Part shown: positions 49,801-58,567 of the stretch, in pieces
How positions within the stretch are numbered: position 1 is the stretch's first letter
How the letters are laid out: each line of letters begins with the position of its first letter
Source of the DNA: Protoeuglena noctilucae
Lineage: Eukaryota
Assembly: GCA_958009085.1 (NCBI GenBank)
Contig: OY253683.1
Span: 1 to 64,000, forward strand
Length of the DNA: 64,000 nucleotides
Direction: 5' to 3'
Notes under the pieces: generated by a model
Seen by the model: only the letters and a program-made list of their open reading frames with translations
Told to the model about the DNA's origin: nothing
The model's database searches: none
Program-made: the position numbers and the translations under genes

Positions 49801-52346
49801 GTGAGGGTAGGGGGAGAGGGGGGTGGTGGGATGCAACTCTCGCCTGCTAACCCTGCGACACTACAACACTCCATTCTCACCAACCCGCTCTCCCCAGAGC
49901 GCCTGTCCATCATCCACGAGAGCTTCGGCAGCCATCACACACCACCACCCCTCATGCCCTTATCCACAGAGCGCCTGTCCATCATCCACGAGAGCTTCGG
50001 CAGCAAGTCGGTGCGCATGGCCAACCTGGCCGTGGTCGCCAGCCACCACGTCAACGGCGTGGCGGCCATCCACTCCGAGCTCATCAAGGAGACCGTGTTC
50101 AAGGCGAGTGGTGGCATGGCATATGATGACTAACTGAAATAGGACTGACTGGGTGGTTGATTGACTCGATGGATCGTGAAGGAGACGGTGCGGTCCAAGC
50201 TGTGGCCCCACAAGTCACAAGTCCCTCAACACCCTTACCGCCCTTCCACTCCCCCTCCACTGCTCTCCCCTCCAGGACTTCTACGAGCTCTGGCCCCACA
50301 AGTTCCAGAACAAGACATCTTACACTCACTCCCCTCTCCATCGCAGGACTTCTACGAACTCTGGCCCCACAAATTCCAGAACAAGACCAACGGCGTGACG
50401 CAGCGGCGGTGGCTGGCCTTCTGCAACCCGGACCTGAGGGACCTCATCTCCGACGCCCTGGGGTCCAACGCGTGGATATCGGAGCTGGACCAGCTCAGGG
50501 GGCTCAGGAAGCACGCCGACGACGAGAAGATGCAGGTGTGGGGACTGACAGGGGTGGTAGCAGTAGTGGGTGAGGGAGCACGCCGACGACGACAAGATGC
50601 AGGTGGGGGTGGGTGAGGGGGTGTGTGGGTGGTGGTGGGAAGACGCAGGTGCAGGGGAGGGAGTGCGAGGGAGGGTGTCTGAGGAGGTTGACGACAGCAG
50701 TGGGCGGTGCGCAGCTTTGTTAATAGAGACCGACCAGTCTTGTCGCTCTCCTCACCCCCTCAACCACCCCCACCCCTCTCCAACCCCCCCCCCCCCAGTC
50801 CCGCTGGATGGCGGTGAAGCGCAAGAACAAGGAGCGGCTGGCGGCCCTGATCCGCGAGCGGTGCGGGGTGGAGGTGTCGTGCGACGCGCTGTTCGACGTG
50901 CAGGTGAAGCGCATCCACGAGTACAAGCGGCAGCTGCTGAACGTGCTCGGCGTCGTCTACCGGTACAAGCTGATCAAGGAGGGGAGGCGGGACATGGCGC
51001 CCCGCGTGGTCATCTTCGGGGGCAAGGCCGCCCCGGGTTACGACATGGCCAAGCGCATCATCAAGCTCATCTCCGCGGTGGGGGACAAGATCAACGGGGA
51101 CCCCGAGGTGGGCGACCTGCTCAAGGTGGTGTTCATTCCCGACTACAACGTCTCATCGGCCGAGGTCATCATCCCGGGGGCCGACATCTCCGAGCACATC
51201 TCCACGGCGGGTGAGAGAGGGGTGGATTGGGGGGGTGGATGGGGGGTTGATGTGGGGTGTCATGTGGGCTGAGAGGCATGTCCAGTGCGGGTGAGGGAGA
51301 TGCGGGGATGGGGGAGGGGGGTGAGCGCCCCTCCACGATGGGATGTGGTCTGGGGCTGTGTGGCTGCGGCTGGTGCGGTTGCTGATGCGGTGCAGCTGAG
51401 CTCTGTCCGTTCGCATTCCCATCCCCGCTTAACCCCCTTTCCCCAATCCAGGCACGGAGGCGAGCGGCACGTCCAACATGAAGTTCGCCATGAACGGCTC
51501 CATGGTCATCGGCACGCTCGACGGCGCCAACGTGGAGATCGCGGAGGAGATCGGGACCGAGAACGTCTTCATCTTCGGGGCCAAGAAGGAGGAGGTCCCC
51601 GGGCTGAGGGCCAAGCGGCCCACCTACCGCCCCGACGGCCGCTTCGAGGCCGCGCTCGACATGATCCGCAACAACACGTTCGGGTGGGCCGACTTCTTCC
51701 AGCCCATCGTCGACTCGGTCGTGGGGGACAAGGACAGGGTGAGGGGGGGGGGATGTTTGAGGGGTGCGGTGGGGAGGGGTGGGGTGCTGAGGGATTGGTT
51801 GTGAAGGGATGGAGTGGCTGGTGTGGGTTGTTAAATAGCTTAGGCAAAGACTCGCATGCATGCCCCGCGTTCCCCGTCCCCCTTGCAAAGACTGCCGCGC
51901 CTGCATCTTGCTTCTACTCACTCACTCGTCATCACGCCTGCCTCCCCCGCAGTATCTGGTGGCAAATGACTTCCCCGACTACCTGGCGGCCCAGGAGGAG
52001 GTGGACAAGGCGTACCGCGACAAGAAGCGGTGGGCCAAGATGAGGTGAGGGGCGCATGGGCGTGACGTGGCTGGCGAATGCTTGCTTGCAGGGTGGCGGT
52101 GCGCGTGCGATCAGCGGGCGTGCGTTGTTGCTAACTGCCTAGCATAGCTAACAGACACCCAAAGGCGTTGCTGTCACGGTCGGCAGGCACGCGCCACCGC
52201 TCGCTGCCCCGCCACGCCCCGCTCTCCCCCTCCCCTTCCCCAGCATCCTCTCCACGGCTGGCATGGGCAAGTTCTCCAGCGACCGCACCATCCGCGAGTA
52301 CGCCAACGACATCTGGGGCATCAAGCCGTGCCGCAGGCCCGAGTAG
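46851..52346 (+). CDS. Alpha-1,4-glucan (starch) phosphorylase with N-terminal ACT-like domain; interrupted by a gap and by apparent indel errors
   Basis: [133 protein letters not shown]-like HVDN...[14 protein letters not shown]. Start codon is inferred. Confidence 0.95.
47020..47219. other. Assembly gap (200 N)
   Basis: Run of N inside the ACT-like region of the phosphorylase. Confidence 1.
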
Positions 52347-52537
52347 AGGGGTCGCGGGGTGCGGGGCAAGCACCTGCAGCCATGGCGCGCCCCTTCTATG
52401 GGCCACGGTCCGGCAGCGCGCGTTTGGAGGGAGTCCGTCCCCTTTTCTGCGAGGGAGGGCCGCTCCCGCAGCGCACCCGTGCCCGGGGGGGCGCCGGGAC
52501 TGCAGCCGCGACATTGAAAAGAGAGCCACGATGAGCA

Positions 52538-52815
52538 ATGATGATGATGATGATGAGCGATTCAACAGTCGAGGGGTGCTATGACTCTCAGAGCCACGCC
52601 TTGCGGCAGAAGTGCCGTCCCCCGGGGCAGCTGACACCCCGGGGTTTCCATCGTTGCAGTGCATATGGCACGTGGCCCGCCCCCGCTAGGTCGCCCCACC
52701 CTAAGGCAAAGGGGTCGCCCACCCTGGGTTCTTGCACCCCTAGCCCCCTCGCTGCGCCCGAAGGCTGAATCGCCGTCCCAGAGTGGGACGATGCAGCCAC
52801 GGGGGCCCTCCGTGG
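52538..52815 (-). mobile_element. 5'-truncated copy of the SINE-like element, with (CAT)n tail
   Basis: About 270 nt matching 53592-53861 with two substitutions that I could see; longer (gat)n tract at 52538-52556. Confidence 0.75.
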
Positions 52816-53271
52816 AGACCCCCGGGCGTCTATTACAAAAGGTGAGGCCGAGGCTAATGACGATCTGTGTAGCTTATGTGCGGCCAATCATGACATCCCC
52901 CGCTCCTACCCTCCTCCCATCCTCCTCAGGCGGCCCGGCTGGCTCGCCCACCCGGCGACGTTGGCCCGGACGCGAGGGCGGTGGGGGCGGTCCGAACGCA
53001 GACGGCGTTCCTTGGGGGGCGCAGCGTTGCCCCTGGGCGCCCCGCTCGCCCTCGCTGCGCCCCTGAGGGCCGGCTGCCTCTCATGTGGACCGCCCCAGAC
53101 CGCCCCGCTCCGGGTGCGCGCGCCGGCACGACCCACTCGGCCGTGTGCCCAGAGACCCACGACGCGACCCCGCTCCTCGCTCCCGCACGTCGACCTTGGC
53201 CCTTGGCCCGTCCTCTCCCGCGCCCGTTGGCCTTGGCCCGTCCCGCAACTCCTCGCCCCCACACGCCCAGA

Positions 53272-53446
53272 TGACCTTGGCCCATCACGCTGACGACCTT
53301 GGCCCATCACGCTGACGACCTTGGCCTATCACGCTGACGACCTTGGCCCATTGCGCTGACGACCTTGGCCAAATGCGCTGACGACCTTCAACCGACGCTG
53401 TGGCGACCCTGGCCCTTTAACGCTGACGACCTTGGCCCACCTCACG
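53272..53446. repeat. About 22-bp minisatellite (tgacgaccttggcccatcacgc), about 8 units degenerating rightwards
   Basis: Directly visible head-to-tail units with no unique spacers. Confidence 0.9.
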
Positions 53447-53591
53447 CTCCGCGCACCCGCGCGCCCTGATAACCGAGGCCTGCCCCCCGCTCTCGCGCCC
53501 CTGCGCATCCAGAGGACCTCGGCCTGCCTCGCGCCCCCGTCGCCCCCCAAACACCCCCCACCCCTGTGTCGCCCAGCCCATGCCCACCCAC

Positions 53592-54045
53592 GATGATGAT
53601 GAGCGATTCAACAGTCGAGGGGTGCTATGACTCTCAGAGCCACGCCTTGCGGCAGAAGTGCCGTCCCCCGGGGCAGCTGACACCCCGGGGTTTCCATCGT
53701 TGCAGTGCATATGGCACGTGGCCCGCCCCCGCTAGGTCGCCCCACCCTAAGGCAAAGGGGTCGCCCACCCCGGGTTCTTGCACCCCTAGCCCCCTCGCTG
53801 CGCCCGAAGGCTGAATCGCCGTCCCAGAGTGGGACGATGCAGCCGCGGGGGCCCTCCGTGGCCCTCCGTGGTGTGGGCCCACCCACACCACTCGTTGCCC
53901 CTTGACTCTCAGAGCGACGCCTTGCGGCAGAAGCGCCGTCCCCCGGGGCAGCTGCAGCGGGCCGCCCAGGTCCGACATTGACAGGGTTCGAACCTGCGAC
54001 CCCCTGCCTACCAAGCATAAGGGCTACAGCTGCGCCAAGGCTGAC
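53592..54045 (-). mobile_element. Putative full-length tRNA-derived SINE (~450 nt)
   Basis: Minus strand: A box TGGCGCAGCTGT (54037-54026), B box GGTTCGAACCC in an intact T-arm (53994-53984), unpaired acceptor stem, non-tRNA body with a 52-nt internal direct repeat, (TCA)n tail; second truncated copy 0.8 kb away. Confidence 0.7.
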
Positions 54046-54066
54046 AAAAAGGCCCGCTTCGGCGTG

Positions 54067-54076
54067 AAAAAGAAAA
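54067..54076 (-). terminator. Pol III oligo-T terminator of the tRNA-Gly
   Basis: TTTTCTTTTT two bases after the discriminator nucleotide. Confidence 0.8.
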
Positions 54077-54078
54077 GG

Positions 54079-54151
54079 TGCGACTGCCGGGACTCGAACC
54101 CGGACCTGACGCTTGGAAGGCGCCCACGATAACCACTTTCGCCACAGTCGC
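54079..54151 (-). tRNA. trnG-UCC: tRNA-Gly (anticodon TCC)
   Basis: GCGACTG-TG-GCGA AAGTGGTTA TCGT-G-GGCGC CTTCCAA GCGTC-AGGT-CCGGG TTCGAGT CCCGG-CAGTCGC-A folds into a complete 73-nt cloverleaf. Confidence 0.95.
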
Positions 54152-54274
54152 ATCGTCATCATTGGGCGGATTTCAGCATACTTATACCAGTGCTTTGTTC
54201 AACGACATGCACTTGCAAAAACCGCAGTTTTTCACCGAATCGCGTCACTATGGCCACTTTGGATGGTCCCCACT

Positions 54275-54700
54275 GCATCCCCCAGTTGTCGGGCCCCGGT
54301 CGCCCACGCCTTCTGGGCCTGTGACAGGGCCCAGGAGGTGTGGGAGACGGTCAAGGCGGCCGCGCGGGCCCCGGCCCTCTCGGCGCGGGCGGTGTTCCAC
54401 CTGGTCCCCCCTTCCCCCAGCCGTTTCACGCAGTACTCGTGGGCGGTCATCGTGGGCGCGGCTTTCAAGCTCATCTGGAGGCGCCGCCAAGAGCTTCGGG
54501 AGAACTGGCGCTCCCCGTCGACGCCCGCAGGCCTCTATGCCCAGCTTGGCGCCATCGTGGCAGCCGAGGTCCAAGACACTCTGGCTGTCACTGGGGCAGG
54601 GCGCCTCGCTGCTCTGCTGGGGAAGCGGGGCGACAGGCTCGTCCTCGCCCACGCCAATGGCCGCAGGTTCTCGTGGCGCGGCTTCCCGGCTACCGCGTGA
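54275..54700 (+). mobile_element. 5'-truncated non-LTR retrotransposon (L1/Tx1-like ORF2 C-terminus); 3' UTR extent unknown
   Basis: C...AHAFWAC..AQEVW followed by W....G...KLIWRRR, the end of the CCHC (zf-RVT) motif and the IW..R motif of L1-clade ORF2; intronless; no RT core upstream. Confidence 0.7.
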
Positions 54701-56493
54701 GCGGCCGGGAAGGTCCGCGTTGCAGGTCCGCGTGGGAGGGCGTCCCAGGGGCAGTGCCAGCAGCTGCAGGTAAGACCCAGGTGAGGCCGCAACAGGTGGG
54801 GGCTCGCCAGCGTATTCCATGGCGCCATATGCATGCTTTGCTCTGTCCTGGCGCAGCTGTACACCTTCTGCTGGCGGGGGACGTGCTAGGCTGCCACGGC
54901 AAGGTGCGCCCCACCGGGTCTGCTAGATGGCACTCCTGTGATGGTGTTGGTAGCCTGCTCGCGCGTGCGCGGGACGTGGTGAGTCTGCACATGTTCTTTC
55001 GGTGCTTCTTGGACGTGCAGGAGTTCAAGGTCGCCGGTCCTCCAGGGCCCAAAGTCCGGGTTCGGTCTCTAGGGACAGTGGTTATTGCCCGTCGGTGCTC
55101 GTTCCGGGGTGCCCGCAAGGAAACCTCGGGCGGGCGCCGGCGGGCGGGAGCCTAGTAGAGTCGGGAGCAGTAGCCGAGGGTTTCACGTCATGTTCGGAGT
55201 GTTGCAAAGGCTGCGGCGCCCCCCTCGTGGGACAGAGCGGGGGACCCAGGTCCCCGAGATCCGGTCCCCCCAGTCCCTTGGGGTTGCCGCTGCCTTCACC
55301 GCACGCGTTCAGGTGGCCTAACGACGCTGCCTCCCCCGGGCCGCTCTGCAAAGCCCCCACGCACTCTGGGAGTGTGGTTCCCAAGGGGCCAGTGGGGGGG
55401 TTCGCCCCCCTGTGCCCGGCGCTCTTGGCTGGTTATGATGACCCCGAAGCCGTGCTCAGTGTTCACGAAGGGTGTGCGCACCCTCGTGCCGCGGGTGACC
55501 CACGCTCTGACCCTGCCGGTGTCAGACGTGTTCGGGCTGAACCATTACGCCTTGAGTCTTGGGGGGGGGGGGAGGGTCGGCCCTGGCGTGGCATGGCTCG
55601 GGGGTCTCAAGCTGCCCGGCTCTGCTGCTGCTGCCCTAGCGATCCGCGCCCCCGGGCCGTCCCTCCTGGGTCGCTTGTAAAGGCCCCCGCTGCGCTCGGC
55701 AGCCTCGTGGCCCTCGCCCAGGCACGCTCCCCAGCCCCCCAACCCCAACCCCAGCCTGCTCCCCGGCTCTCCCGCAGACACTTCCATGCACCCTCCTCAC
55801 GCACCGGGCGTGCTGGTGGCACAGACCCCTGGGCTGCCCCCACCTGAAAGCTCCTCCCCCCCTGCGGCTCGCCAGATGGCCAAGGTCCAACTAGGGTGCG
55901 TGGGTCACCTCATCCGTGTGCGAGCCGCGTCCGTAGGGCTCTGGTTGGCGTGGGGCGTCCCGGGGGCACTGGCCTTGGAGGTGCTGGTGGCTCCTGATCA
56001 CGCGCAGCAGTGGGGCAGCGCCTTTTGCCCGTTGCAAACGCCTCGCGAGCTGCTCTGGGGAGGGAGCGGAAGGCCAAGCCATGCACGTGCACTGCGGCCT
56101 CGTCCTGCCGGCAAGACCGTCCAGCTCGGCCAAGCGCCAGCGCCAGCCAGTCGCGGCACGCAAGGTGGGGCTTCCCCCACGCATGCAGGGCTCTGACAGC
56201 GGGGCCCAAGACCGGTGCAGGTCACTTCGCGCCAACAGCCGAGCAAGAGCGAGTGCGAGCCGCGGACTGCGAGCGTGCGATCGGAGAGCGAGGCGCTGGT
56301 CGGGGCAACGTCACCCAGCCCGCTCCGGTGGGCGTCTGCGCCGCGTTTGAGGCCGGCCTCTGCAACAGGTGAGCTGAGAGGCAGTTGCGTGGAAGGGCAC
56401 TGTGGGGTTCGGGGCTTTAGGAGAGGCGGCTGCGGTTGCTGAAGGGATGCATGCCGGGGCATCGTGGACGGCGCGCGGGGCCCGTCTCCGCAG

Positions 56494-57906
56494 GTCAGCG
56501 CACGATGGTGGGCGGACGTAAGGTCAAGCGGACGTCGCGGGGCAAGCCTACGGGGCTGGGCGTGGGGCATCCGGGCCACGGCGAAGGACACGCGGGAGGG
56601 CATTCGCGGTCGATACAGTTCTCGTCTTCGGGATGACGAGCTCGACTACGGCCCGCTGGTGGCGTACGCGCATGACGGGTCCCATGCGCACCACCTGGCG
56701 AGCCTGGGGCTGTGGAGGCTGGCGGTGCTGGTGGCGGAGGCGCCGGGCATCCATGGGATATCTTGGGTCGCGCACGGCCCTCGCGAATTCGACCAGTCAC
56801 CGCTGATGGTGGCGGTGCGAGCGCGGCGGCCGGCGGGGCGTGGGGCGGACGGCAAGGTGGCGTGGGCGTACGCGCTGGGGGACGAGGAGGTGGCACGGGC
56901 GGTGCGGGCGGCGGTGGCGGCGGGGGCAGACGTGAACCGGCGGCTGGACGGAGCGTGGCCGCTCATGACGTTCTGCACGGGGCGGGGGCTCTTGGGGGCA
57001 GTCAAGGCGTGCCTGGCAGCGTGGGCGGAGGTGGACGCGCGTGGTGGTGGCCCCGAAGGCTGAAAGACGGCGCTGGTGCACGCCGCACGCGGGGGTCACG
57101 AGGCGGTGGTGGAGGCGCTGCTGGAGGCGGGGGCCTCAGCCAAAGTTGGGAGCTACCGCGGCAGCAATGCGGAGATGCTGCTTACCGTGTGTTCGGGTCA
57201 TCCGACGCCGGGATCGTGAGGCGGCTGGCGGAGGCTGGGGCAAGCGTCAACTCTCCCAGCAGTTTTACAGCCCTCGCTCGTGCCGCCGACCGTGGCGATG
57301 TGGCCGTCATGGAGGTGTTGGCCGAGCTGGGGGCCGACGTGGCTTCCGCCGACTGCACGGGGATAACAGCGATGCACTGGGCGGCGACCGGGGAGGTGGT
57401 GCGGTGGCTGGCATCGCGCGGGGTGAGCGTCCAAAGCGACAGGGGCGACGACGAGCGGCGCTTGCCGGCGAGGTCGGGTCGATGCCGTCCGCGCCTTGAT
57501 CGAGCTGGGCGCGGACGTCAACTGCCGGAACAGCATTGGCTCGTCGCCTCTCCATTGTGCCATGTTGACTTCCACAGAGAAAGGGCAAGAGGCTGCGGAG
57601 GTGACCCGGATGCTCCTGGAGGCGGGGGCGGACGTTAACGCTGTGGGTCCAGGCGGCCGGACGCCCCTGCAGTACGCCACACACGCCGCGTGCGCGGAGT
57701 TGCTGGTGAACGCTGGGGCAGAGAGCAGGGAGGGTAAGACGCCCATCTACACTCTTGCATCGGGCATCTACAAGGTCAGGGCCGAGGTGTTGCTGCGGCT
57801 GGCCGAACGCGGTGCGGACCTGGCTAAGACGGGCGGGCATCCGGGGCTGGTGATGCGCAAAGTGGAGAAGCTGCGGGCCGAGCGCAGCCGCGGCCAGGCC
57901 GGCTGA
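56494..57906 (+). pseudogene. Ankyrin-repeat pseudogene (or error-containing gene)
   Basis: Ankyrin repeats (AGADVN, TAL.HAARGGHEAVVEALLEAGA, TAMHWAAT, LIELGADVN...SPLHCA, GRTPLQYA) split by an in-frame TGA at 57061-57063 and two frameshifts near 57175 and 57455. Confidence 0.75.
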
Positions 57907-58567
57907 CCTGGCTGGGGATGGGTCGGTGTCTGCGGAACACATGGGTGAGTTGGCTGGCGTGCATGGACTGTGTGTGGGCCCGTAGCGCGGCTGAGGTGCA
58001 GGTGTGCGTGGTGCCTGGAGCGAATTGCAGCCCTGCGTCCCGCACTTGCAGTGCTGGGGCGGTGGCTGTGGCGAGGCGCCGTACAAGCGAGCGAGGCGAC
58101 GCGTCGGGCGCGGGCTGGCTCGACAGTAGCGTGCATGGCAGAGGGAGGGCTGTGGGGCGCTGTCGCCATTGGCTGCTTGCATGAGCACGTTGAAGCGGAG
58201 CTGCCGCAACCCTGTTGTGAACCCGGCCAGCCGCGGCGTGATGGCATGCGTAAGGCCACCTCCTCGGCTGACGTCTCAAGCAGGGATGCTCGGAGACGGA
58301 CAGCGCCGCATGGCCGGGCCGGCAGCGGTACCGACGCAGACCACTCTTAGGAACACGTGGTCGTTTCTGGATGGGTTTTACCCGGTCGCGTCACCGCGTC
58401 TCCTTCAAGCACCTAGGGCGCCTTCGAGACTTCAAGCCCCTGTGCATCTGCCGCGCCTCCGATCGGGTCCATCGGCGCCGCGCATTCGATATGGCGCCGT
58501 TGCGTAGTGGGGCGCAGGATTGAGCGGAGCACTCCTGGCTCGCCGCGAGCATGGAGGTTCACCGCCG

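Noticed and set aside
53272..53446. CRISPR-like array
   Set aside because: Units are contiguous with no unique spacers, there are no cas genes, and the context is eukaryotic.
53610..53690. TPP-riboswitch-like GGGGTG...CTGAGA...CACCCC on the minus strand
   Set aside because: The 3' half (GAACCTGA...TAAT...AGGGA) is missing and no thiamine gene is adjacent.
52538..53861. LTR retrotransposon, TRIM or retrozyme formed by the two 270-bp direct repeats
   Set aside because: No clear TG...CA termini, PBS, TSD or hammerhead core (CUGANGA/GAAA); one copy continues into a tRNA-like head and both end in (CAT)n, which fits a SINE better.
53973..54045. Second functional tRNA (Thr-GGT)
   Set aside because: Acceptor stem does not pair (GTCAGCC vs CAATGTC) and no terminator follows.
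57061..57063. In-frame TGA as selenocysteine or an alternative genetic code
   Set aside because: Accompanied by two frameshifts; TGA is a normal stop in many genes here.
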